A DNA stretch of 49,649 nt. Source: Anaerolineae bacterium (GTDB lineage Bacteria > Chloroflexota > Anaerolineae > B4-G1). The position numbers were made by a program, and so were the translations under genes. Shown piece by piece: positions 8,470-17,703 of the stretch. The stretch is taken from positions 1-49,649 of the forward strand of contig JAFGED010000202.1 in the NCBI GenBank assembly GCA_016931785.1, read 5' to 3'. A model generated the notes under the pieces. The model was not told the DNA's origin. It ran no database searches and saw only the letters and a program-made list of their open reading frames with translations. How positions within the stretch are numbered: the stretch's first letter is position 1; every line of letters begins with the position of its first letter.

Positions 8470-9174
8470 CTAGTGTCGGCTATACCCCTTCTCGCGCAGG
8501 GGTACCCAGCCATGCCGAAGTGCATAGACAGCTGCCTGCGTCCGATCCGCCACCCCCAGCTTACCCAAGATAGCAGTCATGTGGTTCTTGACCGTCTGGT
8601 GGCTGATTCCCAAGTAATACGCGATTTCCTTATTGCTCATCCCCTGAATGACCAGCTCTAGAATTTCCATCTCGCGGGGAGAGAGCGGCGCAAAACACGA
8701 CTCATCCTCCTCAAACCCACCGCCGCCGAAACGCCGAAACTCCTCCAAGAGCCAATCGCCGATGCCATCTTCATCGAGCACCTTGCCGCCGATGACGTAT
8801 TGCCCCTGACTGACTTGACGGATGACGTCCACCAAACGCTCTGGGCTGACGTCCTTGGCGTGAAAAGCCGAAGCCCCTGCTCGAACCGCGTGATAGACCT
8901 GTTCTTCATCGTCGTAGGCGGTGAGCATGATGACGGTGATCTCGGGACAATTCGTCTTGACCTTGCGCGTGGCCTGCAGGCCATTCAGTTTCGGCAGATT
9001 GATGTCCATCACCACAACGTCAGGAAGAAGCTCCTGCGCCACCTCAACAGCCTCTTCGCCATCGCCAGCCTCACCAATGATATCCAGATCGCCGTGGGAA
9101 GCCAAGACGTTCCGCAAGCCTTGCCGGAAGACCGGATGGTCGTCCACAATCACTACCTTGATCTTGTCTGCCAT
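8470..9174 (-). CDS. NarL/FixJ (DegU-like) response regulator
   Basis: IVDDHPVFRQG, VVMDINLP, LTAYDD; LuxR HTH LSPREMEIL..GMSNKEIA..L.IS..TVKNH. Confidence 0.93.
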   Translation of the reverse strand: MADKIKVVIVDDHPVFRQGLRNVLASHGDLDIIGEAGDGEEAVEVAQELLPDVVVMDINLPKLNGLQATRKVKTNCPEITVIMLTAYDDEEQVYHAVRAGASAFHAKDVSPERLVDVIRQVSQGQYVIGGKVLDEDGIGDWLLEEFRRFGGGGFEEDESCFAPLSPREMEILELVIQGMSNKEIAYYLGISHQTVKNHMTAILGKLGVADRTQAAVYALRHGWVPLREKGYSRH

Positions 9175-9267
9175 GTGCCGCCTGCCCTCCCGCGCAAAAC
9201 ATCTCCTCGCTGTTCATCATAGAGTATACCACATGATGGGGAAGATGCGCAAACAAGGAAAAGGACC

Positions 9268-9386
9268 GGGGTGCATTTGCCCCTGGGGCGGCGGGCAATC
9301 GGCTTCCAGCAAAATAGGCGCAACACACGCTTGCGAATCTCGTTTTTGTGCAGCGGGCTTGGATGCCCCAAAGGACAAACACACCC
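9268..9386. repeat. Intergenic repeat module (GGGTGCATTT family), copy 2
   Basis: Similar to 5624-5688 and 5785-5806. Confidence 0.75.
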
Positions 9387-9424
9387 AAAGGACCGGGGCG
9401 CCTTTCGAATGGAGCAGCAACCCT

Positions 9425-9551
9425 GTGAAGATCCCCGGCGCTTTGCGCCGGGGATCTTCCTAAGGGAAAAGCCCTTGGGGACCGCCGCCCCAAAATCCCC
9501 CGCTTTGCCATTCACCCCCACCACAAGCAGTGGGGTTTCTAGCTTTTCCCC
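9425..9551 (-). mobile_element. IS200/IS605-like mini-element, copy A (127 bp, intergenic)
   Basis: Minus strand TTGAT|GGGGAAAAGC..hairpin..GTGAATGGC...GGAAGATCCCCGGCGCAAAGCGCCGGGGATCTTCAC; the target pentamer contains the stop codon of the upstream gene. Confidence 0.8.
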
Positions 9552-9552
9552 A

Positions 9553-11232
9553 TCAAGGCCAACAAGGCCGATCTTGCTCGACTAGATCAGCCACGTAGGC
9601 CAACACGGCCTCTGTTTCTCCCTCAGCAGGTTCTCCCCGCTCAAGCAGTAGAATGCGCCCAGCCCAGTACCGCACACGAAAGTCGCCAGTGCCCATAATC
9701 TGTGTAACGATCTCCCCGTAGCTTGCGCGCGGGTCTGGAGCCGGGACGACCCTGCAATCCACCAAGTCAAATAACACATAGTCCACCATCTCCAGGTGAT
9801 CCAGCCGAAGCGGGGCAGGATACTCCAAAGCCACCAACACGCGGCGGTCAGCGAGTTGCGGCCCCAAGCGATTGACCGTGGCGACACCTGCATCGGGAGG
9901 AATCTGCGCCAGCGCCTCCGCAATCTGATCGTGGTGGGGTTCAGGCTGGAACATCCCCTCTCGAGCGTAGAGACAGATCGGGTTGAGGGCAATGTTGATA
10001 CCCAGCGTACCAAACACCATAAACGCAAGCCCCAAACGGTAGAGGCGGAGTCTGCCAGGGCGATGCAGTCGCCGCAAACCCTCAGACACCGCCAAGAAAA
10101 ACCAGGGGATCAGCACCGCAGGGTACTGGTAACCGACAGAGTGGAACGCCGGGCGCTCCCCCAGCAAGAGATAGGCCAGTGAAGGCAACGCCACTAGAAA
10201 GGAAGTGAAGCTCCCCGGCGCTTTGCGCCGGGACTTCCTAAGGGAAAAGCCCTCGGGGGCTGCCGCCCCCAAATCTCTCGCCTTGCCATTCACCCCCACC
10301 TCTTGCGGTGGGGTTCTCTGGCTTTTCCCCGTAGACCCCAGAAAAGGAAGAAATCCCAAGGGTAGAAACAGGTGAATCAAGTAGAGGGCAATCGTCTCAA
10401 AAGACGCGCTTCCTATGGGCTGCGCGGTTCCTCCTTGATCAGAGCTTACTCCTCCCAACAGCTTGATCCATAGCTGCCAGAAGCGATACGGCTGCCCCTC
10501 GTTGAAGGTGGGGATAATCAAGCCAAAACACAAAATCGCCCAGACTCCAGCCAGGATCACGAGCCCCAGTCCAACCCGCCGTCTCTTTCCCCACAAAAGA
10601 TTGACCACTCCCCACACTGCTATGGGGATCACCAACTCCTCCTTGACAGACAGGGCCAGCAACACGGCAACCCAGAAAAGGGCCGTTCGCTCTTCATGCA
10701 AAGCCCAATAAGCCAAAAGTATCAGAGGGACGGAAAAAGCGACAGGATGAAAATCCACCAGGTTGAGAAAGCCCAACGCAGGATAGGCCAGATAGCAACA
10801 AGAGACGATGAACGCCGCCCACGCATCCCCCGTCTGCTTGTGGACGACACAATAGAGCGGGAAAGCCGCCAGACCGAGAGCCACGCTCTGCAGGATGAGC
10901 AGCAAACGCGGATCCGGCCACACCCGATAGAGGGGCGCCAAGAAAAGCAGGATCGGGCGAACGTGGTTGCCCAAATAGCTGCCGATGAGCCCTGCGTTTG
11001 TCGCCCGATCTATGGAGGTCTCGAACCAGCGCCCGTGGGCCGTGTTCCAGGTCACCTGGGCCATGATGCCCAGGTCGAAAGTTGAGGAATAGAAATTGTT
11101 GTGCCTGACGACAGACAGCGCGCTGAAAGCAACCACATAAACCAGAATCAGCGGCAAAAGCAAGAGCCAAACTCGAGCTTTATGGCGAAACACAGCACCC
11201 CTTTGCGATGAATCTACTAACCACAAAACCAT
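9553..11232 (-). CDS. DUF2079-like GT-C membrane protein carrying a 42-aa in-frame element insertion
   Basis: TFDLGIMAQVTWNT, GNHVRPIL, DFHPV, KEE; paralog of 32941..34473; start uncertain. Confidence 0.85.
   Translation of the reverse strand: MVLWLVDSSQRGAVFRHKARVWLLLLPLILVYVVAFSALSVVRHNNFYSSTFDLGIMAQVTWNTAHGRWFETSIDRATNAGLIGSYLGNHVRPILLFLAPLYRVWPDPRLLLILQSVALGLAAFPLYCVVHKQTGDAWAAFIVSCCYLAYPALGFLNLVDFHPVAFSVPLILLAYWALHEERTALFWVAVLLALSVKEELVIPIAVWGVVNLLWGKRRRVGLGLVILAGVWAILCFGLIIPTFNEGQPYRFWQLWIKLLGGVSSDQGGTAQPIGSASFETIALYLIHLFLPLGFLPFLGSTGKSQRTPPQEVGVNGKARDLGAAAPEGFSLRKSRRKAPGSFTSFLVALPSLAYLLLGERPAFHSVGYQYPAVLIPWFFLAVSEGLRRLHRPGRLRLYRLGLAFMVFGTLGINIALNPICLYAREGMFQPEPHHDQIAEALAQIPPDAGVATVNRLGPQLADRRVLVALEYPAPLRLDHLEMVDYVLFDLVDCRVVPAPDPRASYGEIVTQIMGTGDFRVRYWAGRILLLERGEPAEGETEAVLAYVADLVEQDRPCWP
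10205..10330 (-). mobile_element. IS200/IS605-like mini-element, copy B (126 bp), in frame within a CDS
   Basis: TCTAC|GGGGAAAAGC...GAGCTTCAC; removing it restores gap-free alignment with the paralog. Confidence 0.88.
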
Positions 11233-11261
11233 CGCGCTTGATTATCAGCCTTTAACAAATC

Positions 11262-11399
11262 CTAACAAGCTTTCTCAATCCTCATCCCCAGGTCGAAAGT
11301 AAACGAGTAGAAATTGTCGTGCTTCAAGACGGACAACGCACTGAAAGTCACGATGTAGATCAAAACCAGTGTCCAGAGCCAGCCCGGCGATTTGTTCAT
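11262..11399 (-). pseudogene. Truncated N-terminal fragment (45 aa) of a third DUF2079-like gene
   Basis: MNKSPGWLWTLVLIYIVTFSALSVLKHDNFYSFTFDLG|MRIEKAC*; matches the N-termini of 9553..11232 and 32941..34473 up to DLG. Confidence 0.85.
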
Positions 11400-11404
11400 A
11401 CGAC

Positions 11405-12973
11405 TCAATCGATACGGCGGTAGACTTCCTGTTCGTCAATAACGGTCTCTAAAGCGTACTTTCCCTCCAGTTCCGTGTAAAGCCAATCAGCCCTTGGAAT
11501 GTTATTGCTCTCTCCAAGAATAACGTACTTTGTTCGCGGTGAAAAGATACGTTGATACGGCCCAGTAGCATCCGCGTAAATAGGCCATAGTACATCAATA
11601 GCACAGCGACGATCCGCCAGGTAGTAAATCTGAGTGTCCCCAGACCAATAATAGATGTAGTCAGATGGCGAGGTGCGCGCCGCTACATAGTCGGCCAATT
11701 CTTGCACACGTATCAAGCCCTTTCCACCAATTGCCCCTTTAAGCACAAAGTCATGCCATGTGTCTGGGCCAAATTTATACGCAAGATAGCAATAGTAGTA
11801 GTTATAGTTCAACACCACGCTAAAGGACAACACCAACACCACCGACAGCATCAGAAACGCCAGCACAGCGAAGCGGGTCACCCGCGAGCGGCTTTTTCCA
11901 ACACGATACAACCTGAGCAAGAACCACGCTGCTAGCAGCACCAGGGGTGGAAGTACGAGCAAATAGTAATGGGAAAAGTAAGTGCGCGTAATACCTGCCT
12001 CTAGAAAAGAAATCGCATACCACGCCACGACGTAGAATTCAGTCAAACACTGCCTATACTGCTTATAACGCCCAAGAAGCAAATTAGCCGCCGCCATGAC
12101 CGAGCCGGTGATGCTGAATATCACAAGCGCGACGTTGTTTTCGGACAAGCCGACAAAGGGGAAAAGAAACATATACTCAGGCCCAGGGGAAGCGGCCGTG
12201 CGAAAACTGACATACCCCCTACCCAGCGTGAATACCGCCAGAAACCGGGGCAACAGCCCCACCAATCCAAAATAGATGACGACGGGCAACAGGCCAATCA
12301 CGGCCCCTCCCGCCACCCATAGACCACGCACCACGGTCTCCCGCCACACAGCCCGCTTCGACCTAGCCAACCAAAACTCTACAAACAACACGACGCCAGC
12401 CAGCGCCCAAGGCGAAACATAGACCGCCTTGAATAGGAAGGCTGCCGAACCCAACATGCCCACAAACATAAATTTCCAAGCGGCGGCACGCCGAGCTATC
12501 AGACGTAGCAGGACCAAGACTCCCGCAATTCGCGGCAGGTTGGCAAACAGCTCTATCTCGGCTGTATGTCCAAGCAGATGCACGTGAGAGGAAAGCAAAG
12601 CATAAACACCCGCTGCCAACGCCCCTGCGATCTTGTGCCCTGTCATCAAAAGTCCCAACCGATACAACAAATACACCGTGACGATGGTCCACAAAAGCAG
12701 AAAGAACTTGACAGACCACAGACTGTCCCCAAACAGAGAAAAGGCCAATGCATAGAGATAGTATGTAGCCGGCATGTGGTGGTTGGAATGATGTGTGCCG
12801 TAAAGGGGATCGCCCCGCACGATTTGCCGAGCGTGATAAGCAATCGCCCCGCTATCATTGTCAAACGGCTGTTCCAAAGACGGCGCTCTCAGCAAGGCGA
12901 CCAACAACGCCAACGCAACGACGATGATCCATTCCCTGCTATATCCTAACCTTCCGATCAATTTCTTTATCAT
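11405..12973 (-). CDS. ArnT/PMT-like (GT39/GT83-type) membrane glycosyltransferase
   Basis: TM1 followed by FDNDSGAIAY, ELFANLP, many TMs, HYYLL, soluble C-terminal domain. Confidence 0.75.
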   Translation of the reverse strand: MIKKLIGRLGYSREWIIVVALALLVALLRAPSLEQPFDNDSGAIAYHARQIVRGDPLYGTHHSNHHMPATYYLYALAFSLFGDSLWSVKFFLLLWTIVTVYLLYRLGLLMTGHKIAGALAAGVYALLSSHVHLLGHTAEIELFANLPRIAGVLVLLRLIARRAAAWKFMFVGMLGSAAFLFKAVYVSPWALAGVVLFVEFWLARSKRAVWRETVVRGLWVAGGAVIGLLPVVIYFGLVGLLPRFLAVFTLGRGYVSFRTAASPGPEYMFLFPFVGLSENNVALVIFSITGSVMAAANLLLGRYKQYRQCLTEFYVVAWYAISFLEAGITRTYFSHYYLLVLPPLVLLAAWFLLRLYRVGKSRSRVTRFAVLAFLMLSVVLVLSFSVVLNYNYYYCYLAYKFGPDTWHDFVLKGAIGGKGLIRVQELADYVAARTSPSDYIYYWSGDTQIYYLADRRCAIDVLWPIYADATGPYQRIFSPRTKYVILGESNNIPRADWLYTELEGKYALETVIDEQEVYRRID

Positions 12974-14028
12974 TTTCCCTCAGACTTGAGTGACTCGCCC
13001 ACAGACACATCCGGTGCAAAGCCCCCATGCCCGCGCCAGCTGTTCCGGTTGCGCCAGGACAAATTGATGATCTCCATACCGGCTTCATGAAACCATGCCT
13101 CGAACTCCTCTCGCCGTATGTAGAACGCCACCGGTGCGACGAGGTGATCGAAGACAACGTGATGGTTATGTCGAAACCCAAACTGGCCCAGCCAAGCCAA
13201 ATAATCGTTGTATGGCAAAAGCCTGTAAAGCCAATTATCCCTGCCTAAAGCACGCAACGGACGATAGATCAGCCGGACGATCGGATGCAATACGACAGTG
13301 ATAAACCAGGAAAGGGCATAGAGTACGCGGCGGGGCAAACGAGAGGTGAGGAAAACGCGAATCGGGTTGACCACGTTCACTAACCACCCATTCCTCTCAC
13401 GCCCATACACCCACACGAAAATCGTAGCGCCACGTCTCAAATGCCTGACGAGGGCATCGAACCCGGCTTGCGGGCTATCCAAGTGGTGCAGCACACCAAT
13501 GCTGAACGCAAAATCCACTTGAGCGTCTCGGCCAAGTCGCAGCGGCAACCGGTGAATATCCCCTTGGATAACGTGAACGTTGGAGAAATCCCGCGCGTTC
13601 TCACGCGCAGCCTCTACAGCATCACTCGCGTCAACGGCCAATACTTTCGCCCCGAACGCGCTGCTCACAAGTGAAAAGCGTCCCATCCCGCAGCCAGCGT
13701 CCAGAACCACTTTCCCATCAAAGAACTCGGGCTGTATGGGGTGGATCCAATCCAGGAACTGCGCTCGATAAGTCGCCAAATCGTGCAGCTCCCTAAACTT
13801 TTGCCACTCCCACCCAAAGGCGTCCGCCGTCTGCACATTCTTACCGCTCAATGGCTCATCAACGGTTACAAACCGTGGGATGCCACGCAAGATCGGATAA
13901 GACTTCTCACAACGGGAGCAGCGCAATGAACCCGTTTCTATCTCGTCATCCCTCTCAACTTCCACGTGGCATTCGAATGAGGCATAGCATTCCGGGCAGA
14001 CGATATACTCAAGCAGGGCTCGCTTCAC
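12970..14028 (-). CDS. SAM-dependent methyltransferase with N-terminal Trm112-like zinc-ribbon domain
   Basis: CPEC...G.LRCSRC...YPILRGIPRF; VLDAGCGMGRF; FSIGVLHH. Confidence 0.88.
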   Translation of the reverse strand: MKRALLEYIVCPECYASFECHVEVERDDEIETGSLRCSRCEKSYPILRGIPRFVTVDEPLSGKNVQTADAFGWEWQKFRELHDLATYRAQFLDWIHPIQPEFFDGKVVLDAGCGMGRFSLVSSAFGAKVLAVDASDAVEAARENARDFSNVHVIQGDIHRLPLRLGRDAQVDFAFSIGVLHHLDSPQAGFDALVRHLRRGATIFVWVYGRERNGWLVNVVNPIRVFLTSRLPRRVLYALSWFITVVLHPIVRLIYRPLRALGRDNWLYRLLPYNDYLAWLGQFGFRHNHHVVFDHLVAPVAFYIRREEFEAWFHEAGMEIINLSWRNRNSWRGHGGFAPDVSVGESLKSEGK

Positions 14029-14070
14029 GTTCTTCCTCTCCCATTGTGCACGTGTGCTTTTGGACTTGCG

Positions 14071-15648
14071 CTACTGCTTTCCCGCATACACATAAACAGG
14101 CCATTGCGCTTCCCCAATCCTTCGTTCCATTTCGTAATTGGCTTCCAAATATTCAAACACCTCTTCCATTTCTGGAAGTATGCCATAGTTCTCGTCAACC
14201 AAGCGCCAGTTACTCCTTTCGACAGAACTAATCGGTGGGATTAACTCGTTAGTCGGCGAGGTGTCAATGATCAAAACGGGCTTGTTTGTCACAATGTCAT
14301 CAAGAAACTCGCTAATCAAGGCCCCATTTTGATAACCAGATGTATACAAGGGGTATTGATAGACAAAGCGCGTAGGCGAGCGCCTGGAAGCCACAAAGTT
14401 GACGCCCGTTTCAGCTCCCCAAACCAAGACATAGTCTTGTGCAGTCGTACAACTCTTGACATATTGTGCTGTTTGATATGTCATAGTCTCACGATTGTTG
14501 GGTAACTCGATCATAATGCAAACGATCTCGAGCAGAAACGGCAAGATAAACACCAAGCTGAGCACGGAGAACACAAAGTTACTAAAGCTCGACCTCTTCC
14601 CTCGAGAAAAAGGATGCCTCGCAAAGCTGCTGCCTAAAAGCGCGTCAAGGATATATCGAAAGAAGCCCGCTAACACCCCAAGTATAGGCAAGCATGCTAT
14701 ATAGTAATGCCTATAAAGCCTGCCAGAAAAGGAACTCGACAAGAATTCAATGAAGAGACCGACGAGCAAAACATCTAGCAGAACTTTTTGTGCCCCGCCT
14801 ATTTTCCTGCCGCGCCATATGTAAAAAGCGACGAGAACATAGACCAAAAATGCCATGGCAGATAATCCAGGTAAGTAAATCAACCCCTCTATGGCAGCCC
14901 TGAATCTATCGGAGAGCGTCGTGCTAGCGTATGCAAAGTTATAGCGGAACACACTGTCCCAAAAATAACCCAGCGCGCCGTGAAGGGCAAAATAACCGAC
15001 GACCACAAGAATAACGCTCGACGCTCCTAGGGCTATCGCGGCGAAAGTCACGAACAAGTTGCGCCATCGACGTTCAAAAACCCGCGTCCACAACAGATAA
15101 ATCCCTACCACTAGCTGTATACCCAATAGATTAGGCTTCAAGAGGAAAGAGACGGCGGCCATTATCCCGATCAGGAATCCCCGCCAGGAGTAGCACCCCT
15201 GTTTCTCCGAAAGCCAGAATAAATAGAGCGTAGCAAATTGAAACGGCAATGCGAACTCTTCCGTGAAATTTCCCCCGCCCAAGACCAAGACCAAACTCGT
15301 CATCCACGCTATTGTCCCGAAAATCGCCGGCCCGAATCCAAGTACCTTTCTCATGAGAACGAATCCCAGCATGCCGGCCAGGTACAGTGACAAAAACTCC
15401 AAAAACCACACTCCCCAAAGAGAACCTCCTCCAATAAGCAACCCAAGCGCGTCGATGTAAAAGATAGCAGGCGGCTTGTGATCCCAGATGTCACGATAGG
15501 GAATTTCCCCCTCCAGGATTCGATCCGCTGTATAGAGAAATGCCCCTGAATCGCGACCCGGCATCACACCAGGTAGAGGCATACTTGGAGCCAAGACACC
15601 GGCGACCAGCACACCTAACATCACAAATAATATGGCTTGTCTGCCCAT
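14071..15648 (-). CDS. ArnT/PMT-like membrane glycosyltransferase
   Basis: GRDSGAFLY...PYRDIWDHKPP, TEEFALP, KPN, YRHYY; polytopic. Confidence 0.78.
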   Translation of the reverse strand: MGRQAILFVMLGVLVAGVLAPSMPLPGVMPGRDSGAFLYTADRILEGEIPYRDIWDHKPPAIFYIDALGLLIGGGSLWGVWFLEFLSLYLAGMLGFVLMRKVLGFGPAIFGTIAWMTSLVLVLGGGNFTEEFALPFQFATLYLFWLSEKQGCYSWRGFLIGIMAAVSFLLKPNLLGIQLVVGIYLLWTRVFERRWRNLFVTFAAIALGASSVILVVVGYFALHGALGYFWDSVFRYNFAYASTTLSDRFRAAIEGLIYLPGLSAMAFLVYVLVAFYIWRGRKIGGAQKVLLDVLLVGLFIEFLSSSFSGRLYRHYYIACLPILGVLAGFFRYILDALLGSSFARHPFSRGKRSSFSNFVFSVLSLVFILPFLLEIVCIMIELPNNRETMTYQTAQYVKSCTTAQDYVLVWGAETGVNFVASRRSPTRFVYQYPLYTSGYQNGALISEFLDDIVTNKPVLIIDTSPTNELIPPISSVERSNWRLVDENYGILPEMEEVFEYLEANYEMERRIGEAQWPVYVYAGKQ

Positions 15649-15731
15649 TTCTCGCTCAAACTAAGCCGCCACCCCGCCCTAATCATCATCTTCACAGCTC
15701 AGGCGCGGCCTACCCCTATCATCCGACCAAT

Positions 15732-17624
15732 CTAGCCCACATATGCATCATACCACAACTGGAAAACCAACAACGTCCAAAGTAGCTTGCGATTGTCCTG
15801 CCGATGGGCAAAGTGCTCGTCCAGCAAATGCTTCACGTAGTCGTATCTAAAGAACCCCTGCCGGTTGATGTGTTCCTCAGAAAGCATATCAAGCACCAAA
15901 TCGCGCAAATCGTCGGTCAACCAGCGCGCTACAGGCATGTTGAACCCCTTCTTGGGGCGCCTGATGATCTCTCGAGGCAGCGCGCGCTCCATGCTCTTTT
16001 TCAGCAGGTATTTTCCTGTGAACCAATGCAACTTGAGTTCCATGGGCAAAGCGGTGACGTATTCCACGACATCCCGGTTCAGCAAGGGCACCCTCACTTC
16101 CAGAGAAGTAGCCATGCTAGCCCGGTCCACCTTGAAAAGAATATCCCCCTCCAGGTACATTTTTATGTCATCGTAGAGCACCTGATTGAGCTCTTCGTGC
16201 GCATCACATTCGCGCGCGTGTGCGTAGGCCTGTGCATACGTCTCACGCAACACTGGCTTGATCCAATCCTGCAGCAGGAGATCTTTTTCCTTCTCAAAGA
16301 ACGACCCCAGCCAGCGGTGATGCCGGGCCTGCAGCGGTATCCCACGCCCCGCCAGGAAGCGACGCAGCCGGAAATCGAGACTGATGTTGCTGAAAGAGAC
16401 AGGCATCCAATCGAGCAGCTTGGGAGCTACATAAGCCCGCACACCCCAAGGGACGATCCGCTCGTAATACCCGATCAGCCGGTGAGCGACCAGCGTGGGG
16501 TATCCGGCGAACAGCTCGTCGCCGCCATCTCCACCCAACACCACCTTCACATGCTCCCTGGCAAACTTGGACAAAAGATAGGTTGGAATAAGCGAGGAAT
16601 CGCCAAAGGGCTCATCGAGAAAATCGGTGATTGAAGGTACCATCTCGGCAGCCATCCCACTGGTCAAGGTCAACGTGTGATGTCGAGTACCCAAGTACTC
16701 GGCCACCCTTCGGGCGTAGGGCGATTCGTCAAAGGACGCTTCTTCAAAACCGATGGAGAAGCTATCGACGGTTCCAGGATATGCCTGGACCATCATCGCC
16801 GTAACAGTGGAGGAATCAATCCCGCCGCTGAGCAACACGCCAACGGGCACATCGCTGACCAACTCCTGCCTGACGGTCTGCTTGAGCGTCTCGTAAAGTT
16901 CGGCCGAATAGTCGCGCCAATTCATAGGAGGCCGGCTCTCGCTACGCGCCAGACCGACGTTCCAGTACCGTTGTCGATAAAGTCCCTGGGCATCATAGCG
17001 AATGAAGTATCCCGGCTCCAGCCGGTACACGCCACTTATGATGGAACGGGGAGAAGGTACATATTCATACGAGAGATACTCATTCAATGAGATAGGATCG
17101 ATGTCGCGCTCTACATCAGGGTGGGCCAACAGGACCTTCAATTCAGACCCGAAAATGAGCTGGTTCGCGACTTGGGTGTAATACAACGGCTTTACGCCCA
17201 TCCTGTCGCGAGCGAGGAATACTGCGTTCTGCTTAGTATCCAATATTGCAAAGGCAAAGATGCCATTCAGGTGTTGGACACAATCCTCGTCAAACTCCTC
17301 GTACAGATGCAAGATCACCTCGGTGTCGGTATGTGTACGAAAAGTATGCCCCCTTTTCTGAAGGTACTCCCGCAATCCCTGGTAATTGTAGATTTCGCCG
17401 TTAAAGACGATCCACATCGATTCATCTTCATTGGAAATAGGTTGTCGTCCGCCAGCCAGGTCGATGATGGACAGACGGCACGACCCCAGTCCGACCCGTC
17501 CATCGTTGTAAATCCCCTGCTCGTCCGGCCCCCGGTGTTTCATCACCCGAACCATCTCGAGCAAAGTATCACGGCTGACCGGCTGCGTTGTATTGATCGC
17601 CACAATTCCACAAATGCCACACAT
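15732..17624 (-). CDS. asnB: Asparagine synthase (glutamine-hydrolysing) family amidotransferase
   Basis: MCGICG N-terminal nucleophile (start moved to 17624), HRGPD, FNGEIYN, RDRMGVKPLYY, LSGGIDSS, GDGGDELFAGY, KVDRASMA.SLEVRVP. Confidence 0.95.
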   Translation of the reverse strand: MCGICGIVAINTTQPVSRDTLLEMVRVMKHRGPDEQGIYNDGRVGLGSCRLSIIDLAGGRQPISNEDESMWIVFNGEIYNYQGLREYLQKRGHTFRTHTDTEVILHLYEEFDEDCVQHLNGIFAFAILDTKQNAVFLARDRMGVKPLYYTQVANQLIFGSELKVLLAHPDVERDIDPISLNEYLSYEYVPSPRSIISGVYRLEPGYFIRYDAQGLYRQRYWNVGLARSESRPPMNWRDYSAELYETLKQTVRQELVSDVPVGVLLSGGIDSSTVTAMMVQAYPGTVDSFSIGFEEASFDESPYARRVAEYLGTRHHTLTLTSGMAAEMVPSITDFLDEPFGDSSLIPTYLLSKFAREHVKVVLGGDGGDELFAGYPTLVAHRLIGYYERIVPWGVRAYVAPKLLDWMPVSFSNISLDFRLRRFLAGRGIPLQARHHRWLGSFFEKEKDLLLQDWIKPVLRETYAQAYAHARECDAHEELNQVLYDDIKMYLEGDILFKVDRASMATSLEVRVPLLNRDVVEYVTALPMELKLHWFTGKYLLKKSMERALPREIIRRPKKGFNMPVARWLTDDLRDLVLDMLSEEHINRQGFFRYDYVKHLLDEHFAHRQDNRKLLWTLLVFQLWYDAYVG

Positions 17625-17703
17625 GTGCACCACCTACATTTCAAGCACTGCCACATCAAATATGATACCAGAAACAATAGAATTGCCAAACTTGCCCCTT
17701 GTA

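Noticed and set aside
9071-9585. Small ORFs between the response regulator and the array
   Set aside because: They are translations of the two repeat elements and promoter DNA.
10205-10332. GT dinucleotide as a 2-bp TSD of the mini-element
   Set aside because: Copies A and D are followed by AT rather than GT. The match is explained by the target pentamer and the element end both finishing in AC on the minus strand.
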